From Amoebophrya sp. A120 (Eukaryota; Protista; Dinoflagellata): a stretch of 64,000 nt of DNA. Numbering within the stretch: the first letter of the stretch is position 1; each line of letters starts with the position of its first letter. The translations under genes and the position numbers were made by a program. Where the stretch lies: NCBI GenBank assembly GCA_905178155.1, contig CAJINV010000001.1:14756142-14820141 (forward strand). The letters run 5' to 3'. Under the pieces are notes generated by a model. The model was not told the origin of the DNA. It worked only from the letters and a program-made list of their open reading frames with translations, and did not search any database. This document shows, in pieces, positions 48,582 through 61,761 of this stretch.

Positions 48582-51500
48582 TCACTGCTGCTTCAGCTTC
48601 GCAGATTCTGACCATTCGTCTACCGCCGCGGTGCTGCTATTTGGAAGCGGCAGCTGCTGAACTGCAGCCCAGTCTAGCTCTTCCTTTTCGTCGACATTTC
48701 CGAGTTCGTTGATCCAGGAAAAGAAACCCATCGCGAACTTCGGGAAAGTCGGCACAATCCGCGGCTGTTGAGTTTATTTTTTCACAAAGCATAATTGCAA
48801 TAGATGTAGTTCCGACTGCGGTTCTGGCGCGACTTTAACGGGATCTTCATGGTCACTGGTCTGACGTTCTTGGAGGAATAGATGCAACACGACACGTGCG
48901 GTGGGTCCGACTAGATAGATTCGATGCCCTACTTAGCCAATCCAAGTTCTTCTACAACTAGTGATGTGGTTCTCGTTCTGCTTCTGGATCTGGAAGAATG
49001 AATAGAATAAAAAAACAATGTACATGTAGTGCAACCATAAAAAAACAATACCACAACTCCGTGCTTCTTGAGGACTTCAACGTACCCTGGGTACATGGCC
49101 GTGTAGTGCGAGTGACTGATCCCCGGCATACAGTGGTGTATGCTCTGCATGTTGAGGCCTCCCGATATTATGTACCAGAAGTAGGAGTCCGGGCAGAAGT
49201 CCGCTGTGTAGGCGATCTGCTCTCGCACCCACCGACCCATCATCGGGTTCGGGTGCGGCTCGCGTGCTAGGTCTTCGTCGCTAAGCTTTAGTATGTCCTG
49301 CGTGGAGCCCTGGTAGCCAACGATTTCGTAAGGGTGGACGTTATCTGTGCCCTTTTCGAGACGCCTGAGTTTTTTTTTGAAAAAAACTTTTTTTTGATGC
49401 CCCCCGGTTGCAGAATTTGTACGAAGAATGCATACTAAAAATCTTCGTCAACAAAAATGTAGAAGCACGAGCATCGTATGACTTTTCTCTAAAAAACGTA
49501 CTTTCTCGCGTTCGCTTCGACGTGCGATTCGCAGGGCTCGTTGATGTGCGCGCCCTGCGTGAAGAGGAGGAAGACCCAGCTGGCGACGAAGATCATCGGG
49601 CAGAAGAGCAGAAAGTACTGGAAGGGCCCGAGGCAATACACGCCGACGACCCACCACAGTGCGACGCAAGCGAGTTCCATGGCCATCGGCTTCCACAGGT
49701 CCTTCATCAAGGACTTGAGGTGCCGGCACTGTTCGTAGCGAAATTGGAACTTCTGCGCCTCCGGCACCGTGTCGTCAAAGGGGCCCACGAACACCGGCAC
49801 TTCCAGCAGGAGGTCCAGCGGAACCATCACGTTTAGGTGTAGGCTCGTCGTCGGAAGCACCGCGATGATCAGGGCAAGTTGCCACCTGGCAGTGATTTTT
49901 CGATAGTGGATTTTCATTTTCTTCATTCTATCTTCTTGCATGAAGTCCTTCATGAAGTTCTTTCATGATTATTCTTCATTTTTCGTCATCTACATTTAAT
50001 TCTATCCGAAATCCCTGCGAAGGGATACTACTAGGAGGCGTTCGGTGGACAGAAAACGGCAAAAGATGTCCAAAATGCAAGCAAGGTATCTATTGTTTCA
50101 TACTTGGTGTGCCACTCCGCTTTGTTGAACAGCCTACTGGCTCGGACGAGCGGGCGGAAGTGAAAAAGGTCCACGTCGTCGATCAGGTTTGTGAACTGAT
50201 GATGCTGAATCACGTGCTGGATCGTCCAGGCGGCGTGGTTAAACATCAAGGGGAATCCGCCGATCAGCGATGCGAAGCCTGTTTTATTGATAAGGAAGTC
50301 AGTTTCCAGTTGCAAAAATCGTGCCAATTGATTCTCAACTTGGGTCAATGAATTTGTTCTCCATTCATAGCAAAAAAAAAGATGATGCGGAGTAGAGACG
50401 ACCAGCCAGCGTGCACATGAAGCACGACTGTGCAGTTTATTTTTTCAGGTTGTCATCCAATCAGGTTAAGGACTATCTAGCTATCCTTTTCAAAATAAAC
50501 GAAGCAAAAGTAGTTTTTTTACGATTCACGGTGTCGTTCGGGAAAGCTGCAAAATGCGACGCGTCGTGGGAGATGGAGGCACCGTATAGCCATTGTAGCA
50601 ACTGTTTTGTGGTTTGGAAAGAAAGAATTTGGTTCTGGTCTCCTAGACCTAGTCATATGCAAATGCATGATCATTTTCTTGCAATAGTCGACGTCTTTCT
50701 CGTCTACTTCCTTGATGTGTTATAAGCTTCTCGTTAAGCAGCATCAGCAATAAAAATTTCGGTACCGGAAGCATCAGCGTCGCGACCAGCGAGCCCCGGG
50801 TGAACATGAAGTAGACGCAGACCCAGCATAGCAGGTAGACGCAAATCATGAAGGTACAGACCCCGAAGGTGAGATTATGTGGCTTGCCCACGGTTTGAAA
50901 ACTGAGTTTTGTCCCCAGCTCGCCCCCCCGTGGTCCCGTGGAACTACTACCATTCGGCTTGGCCGCCCGATCCTTGAAGAAGTCTCGCGCGAACTGGCGC
51001 AGGTCTTCCTGAAGCGGGTCCGCCGGGGGAAGGCGCCTGCGCTTCACCCCGGCGGCGATTTCGCGCTCGACTTCGGGGGTTTTGATTTCGTACGGACCCA
51101 TCATCTTGTCGAGCTTGTCCCGAGAGATGAAGGTGTGGTAGGATTCGAACAGGATGGTGCAGTCCGAGTTTTTCGTCAGAATCAGTGGCCAGCTACCGCC
51201 GGGGTGCGAGGCCATAAACTTCGTCAAATCGTACTGCTTTCCGTAAATCGTCCAGGTCGGCTTCTCCTCCGGGATTCGGCTGCTGCTACTAGACGAGGAG
51301 GCTTGCCCAGAACCTGTGAGCGGCTTCTCCCCGCCTGCTGTAGCCGCGAGAGCCTGCATTTGATGTTCCACAAACACCGGTGGCGCAACGTATTCCGGGC
51401 GGAAGGTGCGCACCTTTTCTGCGCGACTGATTTCCTCAACGACTTCTTCCCGATCTGCCTTGATGGAGGAGGCCGTGCTGGACACGTCGTCCGACTTGGC

Positions 51501-52705
51501 GTCGTTGGAGGAGGTGGTTGTCGTATCTTTGTCATCCGAGGAGGCTGTAGTGCTGTCGACCGCCGCGGTGGTAGCTGTTCTGGTGCCATGTATTGTTGTG
51601 TGGCCTCGATTTTTCAGATTCTTCTTGCTGTGCGTCTTCGTGCGTACCGATGAAGAGGTCGTCGTCGTGATTGGCGAACTCGAAGAACATGCCTTCGATG
51701 TTGTGCCGGCGACTACTCGTGCGGATGAAGATCCGGGGACTTCCACATCGACTATGTCGTCATCCACGTCGACCTCGGAGACACTAGCGTCCGCCCCGTC
51801 GTCGAGATCCTCATCAACACCAGCCGGCGCGGCGGTGGACACGGTGCTTGCAATGCTCTTGACGGAGTCGACGCGCGGGAAAAGTCGGCGCTGGCATCCC
51901 AAGCGGATGCGGTCGACGAAATCTTTGACGGCGGCAAGAGCCGCATCTATCGCTCCCGAGTTTGGCGGCGAAACACTATTGCTTGATGCCGCCGGGGCGT
52001 GCAAAGAATTGCTGGAAATGGCTGCCCCTTTAAGAGGCGTCGTAGGGCTGATTGCCGGAAGTTTTCGCAACTCTGTTTCGGACAGCGTTGCCACACCTGG
52101 AGTTGCAGTTTCGTTTATCGTTGCATGGCAAGATAATGACTCTTTCGTTTCTCACCCAGAACATCGCAAGAAAATCAAACGGACTCGTGCTTCTCCTATT
52201 CCTTCAGTAGCAGTACTGTACAGCCAAAATAAAAGCGCAAACAATAGAAGTGAAAAGTAGAGGTACCTGGATTTGCTGTTTGTCGCAGTTCCTCGGTACC
52301 CGCGCCACTACCGGATTGTCCGCCGAGCCGCAGGAAATTTCTCCATGTTGAAAAAGACGAGGAGCGGATCCAGCAGTTGATGTGTCGCAGTGCGGTTTTG
52401 ACAGCAAACTGGGCTGCGGTCGCGCTGGCGACGACGAGGACGACGAGGACCAAAATCACGTAGGGTGCCAGGGACAGCACGTACAGCCGGTTGAGCAGAA
52501 CGGTGAGAATGTTGTCGCCAAAATCGATCAGCAGGGGGGCTCCCTGCCAAAACGCGACGAAATCTTCGAAAAATCCGCCCCAGAAAACCAGAGGGTTCCA
52601 GTGAATCTGATGCACCTCGTAGGAGGACCACCCGGACGGCGCCGCGGCTGGCTCCGCCCCAACTCCTGCTGGTCCGAAGAGAAAGCCGTCGAGTAGCGAT
52701 GTCAT
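48582..52705 (-). CDS. Front-end fatty acid desaturase (delta-4/5/6 type) with fused cytochrome b5 domain, about 7 exons
   Basis: Cytochrome b5 heme motif YDLTKFMASHPGG. Three His boxes: HDASH (exon about 50523-50602), QHVIQHH (ORF 50031..50348) and QSIHH (ORF 48929..49243). GT-AG introns give a continuous frame to the stop at 48582. Confidence 0.88.
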
Positions 52706-55684
52706 TTCGTTTTCTATTCGATTTGTGTTTCGTAAATCTAATTCCGTAGCCCCAGGCCCAAGAAAAAAACTACCCTGTTTTTCTTGCACCGGCGCCAATT
52801 TTTGAGATCAAGCTGATATTACACGTTGTCGTCTTGTCTTTGATTTCGGAAGCCACCCATTCTCTAGTGGGATATATTCGATGTCGATTTGGGTACCATA
52901 CCTATCAAAAATTATCAAGAAATTTGAAAACAACTAAAACTTATGAATGTATGCGTACGTTCAGCGCCTGCAACGTTTTATCGACAAGCAATGACAGGTG
53001 CAAAAGATACGCGGAATCGAAAAGAGCCAGGCTTTACAATCCTCACTCCCCTCGTTTGTTAGAGTCTTAGTGAATTTTTCAAGAGGAGGTCAACAACATT
53101 TTATGTCCCACCCCTCCTGAGTATTTGTTTCAAAGTCCGGATCTGCAGCTGCGCTTGCTGAATTAGGTAGAAGGGAATTGATTTAGGGGTTAGATGATGT
53201 CGTCCATATAAAAAGCAAGCTGGCGCGAAGATTGGGCAGGGGGGACCGCTAGCTCTACCGCTGCCCCGTCTCAATCATTTATGCAGGACGGAGCGACGGA
53301 AAATTCCGCTTTATTTCGAGCACACACCACCACCAGGGGGTAATGAACTACCTCAAGGAGAAAAAACGATTTATCTTCCTAGACCTCATTTTGAATCACT
53401 ATGATTTGGGTTACTTTGGGGGCTTTAGAGATATCAATGTGCCGTCGGTGGAATAAAATTTTTCCCACTTATAGACGATCCCAATTTAGTGAAGATTGTT
53501 GTTTGGATTTGATGAGCGTTGATTTGAGTTCGTGTTCCACGAGCAGGCACTTCGAATATTCTCCGATAGGAAACAGCGTCTAGACCGATGCCGAAAATTC
53601 ATTGCACGCACCGCTAGCACACGATGACGCAAGAACGATGCCGTCGCGTGGAAAAAAAAAGAGTTAGAATGTACTTAAGTAAGTATGTAGATCTAGCAGG
53701 AATTTTCTTGTGAATGATGGAAGAGCTGCAGGAGGAACGCCCTCCGCTGTGTGGAGATGATTCTTTCGCACTAGTGAAGGATGAAATTTTCATTCGACTG
53801 CATTCTGGTGTTTAGCAATGCCTTGAACTACTGGTTTAGCTTCACCGGGCTGTATCGTGTGGGCAAGAAGTGTCGGGTAGTCAGTAACAGTTTCGGTTGT
53901 AACTACCGCCAAAATAGACGTTTGTATACTTAGGGGTTTTAATTGGAAGTTAGTTGTACTGTGTTAATGAAATGATGGAGACGGAATCGTGACGTGAGGA
54001 AATGCAAATGTTGCAGAGTCGTTCATTTTTCTAAATCGCACCATATAAAGGCCGCACAGTGCTACCATCTGCACTACGCCTTGGCTTTTCTTGCACAACC
54101 ACGACAGAATGTAATTTTTCTTTCGTCTTCATAAAAAATCCGTTACTGGTCCACTGGCTAAGTGGTGGTCGCGTAAAAGGCATGCAGAAGTTCGATGCTG
54201 AGCCTGAACCAAAAAAAATTTAGAAGTTCGTTCCTCCTCCCGAAACTCTAGTTCTGTTGAATCGCCAGATTCGGTGCGTCCGCTGCACGAGCAAACGCTG
54301 CCGATTCTGTATGAGAATAGACGAAAGTTTCAGAGTTCAGATACACTTCTAAATTTTGTCTACGTAATAAAAAATTCTTCATCACGTAGATCGTCGTTGA
54401 GTGCTGCCGCAAATAAGTACAATCATAATCTCCGAGTCTACAACAAACGGACATTTTCCGAGCGACAGGTGGAAAGAGACAGATTTTTTCGTTGCTCCGG
54501 AAACAGATACGAGCACCACTGGAGGTGTATTGAAGATACAACAGACCCAAACTGGAAACTCCTCAACAGACGGCTGGCCAAAAATTATGATACAAACAAA
54601 TCCGACACGTAGTTTTTTCTCACTTTGAATAAAGTTGCGAAGTGCAGGAAAAAGAATTTCAACTCTCCAGGTGCAAGCAGTAAAAGCAAATTGCAGTTGG
54701 ATAAACTACAACTACCACATACTAACTTGTATTACTAGAGAACTAGCAGCAGTAAACTGATATCTTGACTTCGATTAATGTCTGCATGTATCCGACAACC
54801 CTTACCCTCTGCCTGTAGATACCGCGATTGGTATTTCATAAAAACCGAAACTTCAGCCAGATGAAACGCTGCCGTCAACATGAACCGACACGGTCTAGGT
54901 TGGGTGATTATGTCTCTAAAAAACTTCTCGCTATTTTTCGCATGCGAAACGGACCATAGTCATAGTATCCACAAAAAGTAAGCGTGAGATTGGATTGCAA
55001 AAAACAAAAATTGGAAGAAGCATGTGCATGACCTGCTTGAGGGTCTACCTTTACCGATATTCCGGGTCATGATATATCAGGAAACTGAGCCCAATAGCAA
55101 TACAGCACGTACACTTACTCGTAAGTAGTCGTAGAGATGATGTTCATTCTTGATTTGTCTATTTGTAAATTGAAGACAGGCCTCGTCGTCCCATCATTCG
55201 CGCAAGTTCTTGAGTGCTTCGTCTTTGCTGAAGCTACAGAAAAACACAACCAGAAGAACCAGCACAAGCAGATAAGCTATAAAACGCGTAAACACATCGA
55301 CATCTACACAACCAAAAAGATGAGGAGTGATTTCGTGAAAAACGCCTCGTATGGAAGCGAAAGTTGCGTGTTGTGGTGCAACGGCAGAATTATTGAGAAG
55401 TCGTGCTTGTGGCCCACTTCATCGTGCAGTCGTGAAGGTGTGAAAGCATAAAGCAAGGTTTTCACTCAGGAGTCGTGTAAGAATGAATCAACTGTCATTG
55501 TCGCTGACGAAGAAGATTTCAAAAAAAACATGGCACTGGGCCGGCCGCTGCCGCTCGGCTCTACGTGGCCGGGTGTCGCTTGCTGGTGTAGTGACGCCAG
55601 GTGGTCGCTGGTCTGTCAGGGAGGATCGTAGACGTCGCTATTTTGATTCACGAGCGCAGCGGCTTTATTTTCTCGAGAAATAAT

Positions 55685-58600
55685 TCAGAGCCTGGGGTCC
55701 CGTCCTCCGTTGCAGAGCATGCTTCTTCTGGCAAGTAGAGAATTCTCCGTCTCTGCAAGTTCGAGGTCGATGAATGCGTGTCGCTCGGTGATGTCCCTGT
55801 CTGGGTCCGTCTGTTGATGCTGTAGAGCTGCAGCCCTGCGTACCGCCCAAGAAAAAGAATTAGCGCCCGCTTTTCTTGCTCCTGCAGCAGGTGCGGCAGG
55901 TGGTTGTAACCTGTGCGACGTAGATGAAGCAGTCCTATGGGGAGATGTGCCTGGCAGCAGTACAGAAGACGACGTCTTGTAAGCCGTCAACAGTGGCGAA
56001 CTGCGACCACAGGCCGGCTCTAGAGCAAGCGGGTCGTCATCAGAAGTCAGTTCTTCTTGGGACGCCGACGGTGATGGTAGCAAAGCCGAGTTCACACGAT
56101 CATTGGGGAGCGTCGTGGCTTGATCCTCTATGGCACACCTGTTAATGCCGTCATATTCATTTATTTTTCGATGCTGCAGCAGTTCTTCCTCGTGCCTGGG
56201 CTCAGCGTCAGGTTCGTCGTCAGAATCGAGCTGTAGACCACCCCCGAAGCGATCGCGTGTGGTATCGAGGACCAGTCTCCGCGGAAAAGCGTCATCACCT
56301 AGTTCTTCTAGTGCTCCTGCGGCCGCGGGCATCCTGGAAGAGAAAGCTGCTCCACAACGCAAAACTGGCGGCGCCTCTAGTTGTCCATCCCCCCCGGCTG
56401 CCAACAGATGCGCAGTGGAAGATCGTGGTAACGGAGAAGAAGAAGAAGACGCATTAGCGGGGCGTGCGGCTTTATTACTTTGCTGCGCCACGAAAGCATT
56501 CGCGTTCTCCAGGCTATGCGCGTTACTATCTCCGGAATCGGGAAATAAAGAATGCGGTCGTGTGGATGACGTGGAAGTACGATGAATTTTGTCGGTGCTC
56601 TCGCGCTCCTCGTCCCTCTTCGTTGCAGCGGGGGCAGTGCTCGAAAAACCCACAGCGGAGGAAGCGGAAGCAGCAGTCGCACAGTGAGACTGAGACAGCG
56701 GGCCTTGGAAGGATCTCGCTTGACGAAGGGTTTCGCTTCGCACACTGTCCGCGAAGTCAAGCTTGTTGGCCGGTGCTGGCCCAGTGCTACTTCTTCGTGT
56801 CTTTCCGTTATTTGCTGCACAGCCCCGCGAGTGCTGCGTAGTACTACTGCTACCGGTGCAGAAGTGATTCTGTGAGGTGGGGCTGTAGTCCTGTTCAAAA
56901 ACGGTCTCTAGAAAGTTGTGCTGCTGCGAACTCGACTGCTCACTGAGTCGCGGCCCTCGCTGTAGTTGCGCGTGTGATGCAGAAGAATGGGGTGGGCAAA
57001 CCGGAAGAACGGTTATGTCGTGATACAAGTCGCTCGACAATGCGGAATCCGCTGTAGTTTGTGATTCTGTTCGCACCAAAGGAGCGTGCCAACTCTTAGC
57101 CGCCGCTTTCGCAACGCAATGGTCAAATGGAGGACTGCTCTGCCGCTCCTGGCGCAACTGGGGCGAGGAAGATTGCCTCGCGGAGTGCTGTCCCTGTTGG
57201 AGAACGAATCCATTCCGCGAAAATAATTCTTGGGTTCTTACTACGGTGCGGTGGTCCGAAACGGAACAATAATCTTGTTGAACAACATCGTCTTCTTCAC
57301 CCTCCTCCGCTATGATTTCAGGAAGCTCCGGCATTGTATTAGGCGCATGACCGCCTGTCGACCCGCTCATATGGCTCCCGTGAGGACGACATCTGCTCGG
57401 GAAGACTACCACTTGGTTCATCTTTCGTGGTCCCCCTAGTTCAACATCTTCACTTCTTGTTGCACTGTCCCTGGTCTGCTGTCGCGCATAGCACATCGAG
57501 TTTGTTGTCTTCCCTGCCTTGTTCTTTCCCCTCCCAAAAAACTGTGTGCCGGTAGTGGTACTGCTTGTTCCGTCATCAGCTTCTTGTTCACGGTAGTACA
57601 AGTACCGTTCAGCACCATCGACATGGTCGGCATTCAGCTGGACATGAAGATTGCTTTGACCAGCAGCAGCGCGGCGAGCGTAGCTGCTCGTCGTGCTTCC
57701 CTCGCTGATGCGAGCACGAGCATGGGCGCTGCTTTCGCATGTATTTCTCGAGCTTGACGGCGCTGGTGACTCATTGGCGGGGTACAAATCTTCGTAAGTG
57801 ATATGATCGCTGGTTCTGTTACGGGCGCTTTTGTAGTGAAGATGGCTACTAGAAGTGGTTGTACCACCTCCTCTCTTCTGCTTCTGGTCGTGGTCGCTTG
57901 ATGTTGTCCTATGTTGTTGATTCCTTTGTTGGTCCTCCTGTTGTCGTCCGCGTCCTCCGGTCTGCTGGCCACGTTGGTATGTGCTCCTGCCGCCGCCTAC
58001 CAGAGGCATGGCGCCGCCTCCTTTGTTCGATGTCCTACTCGAGCGACTATAGGTGGACGTCGAAGTTGAGGTCTTGCTGTCCGGCAGTCCGCGTACGTAT
58101 TCTTGCTCGCTTTCCTGCGTCGTCCTCTTGTCCGCGAGCGGAGGATTAAACACAACCTGCGGCCGGGCTATCCAGGCACGCGGGTCTACCAGCTTAGCGC
58201 CTGCGGATGAAAGGAGTTTCTTTGAAAAATTTTTCCTGCGGTCGTTCTGAGAAACGCAACTGAGAGTAAAAGAGCGAAAAAACCTGCAACAGTTTCATGA
58301 CCATGAAGGATACGGTCGCGGGCAAAGACAAAATGTCAGCACAGATAGAGATACTTTAGTCGCAGAATCAAGTGAAACAGTTCCTTCCAGAAGTTCTTGT
58401 ACCTCTTCCTGCCCAGCAGCCCTCGGTATCGTCAACATCCACCGCAATTTCCTTCAGGTGTTCCTTGGTCGTCTTCCCTTGACACAGCAAAAAGAGATGG
58501 TAGCACCAGAGTGCCACCACTGCAAGAAGACCGCAGGTAATGACCACACACGTGAAGAAGAAGACCCAGTCCGTCGGCGTTTCAAACTGAAACGTGCTCA

Positions 58601-60217
58601 GAAAGAAACTACTGTTCGTTGGAGCTTGGTTCTGCCCTGCAGCTGGTTGTTGGCCAAAATTTGGCTGGTGCTGTGGGTCGCCAGCGACTACTGCGCTAGA
58701 CGCGGGTGGAGCTGCTCCACCACCAGGGCGGCCCGCTGTTCCAGGGGGCGGGGCGCGACCGCTTCTATTACTACTTCCGTGGCTGTAACTTCTGCTGGAC
58801 TTCGGAGAAATACCGGCCTGCCCAAACAGAGTCTGCAGGGAGTGCTGTGTCTGCATGGCACGCGCGCCGAGGATGATGGTGAGAAGCGCGACGACGATCA
58901 TGCTGGAGATGTAGGTGTAGAAAAATGCGTAGTTCCGCTGCCCAATGCAATTGTTCAAAAAAGGACAGTGGTGGTCGAACTTCAGAACGCAGTTGTCGCA
59001 ATCCGGGCAGTGCGCCGAGCGGGGAGGCCGAATGATCATGCACGTCCGGCACCACCGGTAGCTGTCATATATTTTGTTTTTGATGATTTATTTATACATA
59101 GATTGGTGTCAAGATCTTTGCTCCTATGGCCGCTTTCGTATGTTTTGGCTTTCAGCATTTTGCTTGCCACGATCATCATCAGGACATGGACAACCGGAAC
59201 CGAAGCTATTCTAGACAAAAGTGCCAAAAAGTCTCTACCCTTTCACGCGGAGCCGCTCGGGCACCATTGCGACGGCGTCAGTGCGGAAGTCGCCGGTCGG
59301 GTCGCCTTCGCCCAAGAGGTTGTATCCTAGTAAGTGCTCCAGCCCCTTCTGCAACCCGGTCTCCAGGATGATCCCTCGTCGCGGCAGGATTCCGGGGTCG
59401 GTATACGAAACCAGGTAAAGCAGCAGCAGCGACGCGAGGAACGCCAGCCAGAAAAGGCCCATCGTGATAAGGTTCGTGCTGTGCTGCTGGGGAGCATCCG
59501 GGTAGGGATCCTGCTGCCCGTCGCCCGCGGTGTGTGCCCGGTAGGCGTTGACGATGCTAGACGAGGAAAGAAGTCCCACGACCGAGGGCAGTACGACGGC
59601 GAGAGAGAGGATCAACACGTGCGGAAGCGCAAAGTGGCCAATCGAAGGACAATCTTTCTCGCCGCCAATCATGCAGGCGCCGCCGCAACAATACCTACTG
59701 TTCGAGGGCCACACCTGCAATTGTTTTGGAAGATTTCTGGCTTTTTTGAAACGAACGTACGCCGCAAAAATGATGTTCTCTTCCCTTGACAACGTGATCT
59801 GCGGTCCTCATCTACTTGATGTACTACTAGCGTATGTGGAGGGCAGGAACATCACAGTAAACGACATCTCATTTCCCAGAGGCGCAAATGAAGTCTTCAT
59901 TGTCATACATTATTCTGTACCTGATACAGGTAGGCACCACTTCGGCTATTCGAATTGCCGTCTTCTTCACAGGGAGTGCACTCGAGTTGTTGCGTTGTCC
60001 CGGTGTCCCGACGTGGACCCGTTTCTCGCGGGTCAACAACATCGTTAGAAACACTGGGATTGCTTCTGGCAGATCGTCGCTCTGGATGATAATTGTCCGG
60101 AACCCGGCCGGTCCCTGTCTTTAGAATCAAGTGCTCCTCTGATCCGTTCCGATTCCGTATTGGGTGGCGAGAGGATCGGCTGCTCGAGGTGTTCGCGGTG
60201 AACTGCACAGCTGACAT
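55685..60217 (-). CDS. DHHC palmitoyl acyltransferase (Erf2/ZDHHC9-14-18-like) with a long disordered C-terminal tail, 4 exons
   Basis: [42 protein letters not shown], upstream TDPGILPR, downstream TTKE, four TM segments and N-terminal [11 protein letters not shown]. Canonical introns at about 59799-59920, 59061-59238 and 58201-58402. Confidence 0.92.
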
Positions 60218-61761
60218 GGCCGTTGATGATGAGTCTTCACTCAACGTTGCAACAGAGAAAAAAGGGATCGCGGTTCAGTCGTGGCAACGCGACGTAGTTC
60301 GTCGTGTTGGTTATGGTTCGCAGCCGCTACTAACTGGATCGATGTACGCAATGAGTAGTTCGACTTCGAGGTAGAAGTGCTACTACAAGAGTACCAGCAG
60401 CAGTACGTCGGTCGTCTTGTGGCAAAAGAAGATATTTTCAAAATGATTTGTCGCCAATTAATTAAGGAACGCGATGCTGTGCTGCCATCGGAGTCATCTC
60501 TGTGATGACATCACCACACAGCGGAGGCCTGCCTCGTTGTTCTCGCCTTTGCACGCAAGACGGAAGAAAAAAAAGACGCTAGGAATTGCGACGTCGGACT
60601 CGCCAATAGCCCGTGCCACAAATCCCTGCTGCGGTGGTGGTTAGCACGGCGGCTCGCTGGCGCATTCATCCGGTGATGATCTCTACCGGCTTTCCGAAAG
60701 CCGACACCTTATCTTCTAGCAGCGTCGCATCATATCTGTACCAAAAGAACGAAAAGTTGCAACGCTAAACACATTAACCTAATCGTGTACTCATCTTGTC
60801 GTTGGTCATATTACCGCATTTCTACAGCTACTAGAAGTACTACAATGAAAATATATGTCGCTGCTCGTCCCGCACTTCGTCAAAAAAAAAACGAATACTG
60901 GAATTGATTGCTTCCTTGCGTTAGTTCCTTCGCAGATTTGATGAGAACAAGACTAGAGGATGCAAAACCAGATGATCATGTTCTTGGATATTGATTAATG
61001 GCACCATTACCAGCGCGAGCGTGGAGCCCTCCTGTACGTAAAATTTCAAAATGTACCACGAAGGTGATCTCCATATTAATTCCGTGGTATTTGTTTCCGG
61101 ACGTCGCTGCAACGAGTGATTTATTTTCTATGGCTGAAATATTTCTTGCGCATTTAAAGTTCCTCAGGCACTTCCGATCTTGGTCGGAATATGCGAAAAT
61201 TCCAATAGCTGTAGTTTCTTTTTGCACGAAAGCCAAGAAGCAAGACTTTGCTACGAAAGAGTGACGAGGACCGCGTCCGCGGGCATATGCGGCTATTTTG
61301 AAGACGAGCGATTGAAACAAAAGAGATGCATGGACCTGGATGTGGTAGTGTGCATATGAAGCGACAAGAATTTCTATGCTTAATATGTGCACTTCTTGGA
61401 ACACGAACACCCGACGCCGAGGCGAATGACTGACGAGGACCCAGACGAAGCTCATCGTGTGAATCTTGACGAGAGATTTCCTTCGCTTTTGTACCGAAGA
61501 CAAAGATGACGTCCCAAAGATCGATTGACCTGCGTGAAAAGCGCCACATCTTCCAGATATTGCTGCAGAAAAGGGCATTTAAGAACTTCGAAGTTTTAAC
61601 TTTCCGTAGTGTAGTAATACAAGTGTTCGTCCACAAGCAACCACAGTGTATTGGTGTTCTTGATCTTAAATATCACGAATTAGATGGTATAAAAGCGGCA
61701 ACTTTCGAGGTGCTGCGGCGCTCTTTTCCTATGAATTCATTCAAAGAGAGGTACGGAGTCC

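Noticed and set aside
52743-52762. tccgtagccccaggcccaag, resembling the dinoflagellate spliced leader DCCGTAGCCATTTTGGCTCAAG
   Set aside because: It is only a partial, gapped match and lies on the strand opposite the adjacent gene, so it is not a credible SL relic.
52800-55600. Long gene-free interval searched for a transposase, RNA genes or repeats
   Set aside because: Only short ORFs without motifs were found, and no TIR/TSD, tRNA or rRNA signature is visible by eye.
60687-60703. Hairpin cggctttccgaaagccg and nearby TGATGA boxes as a possible ncRNA or terminator
   Set aside because: It is a single short stem with no tRNA cloverleaf or paired C/D box structure, and is compatible with chance.
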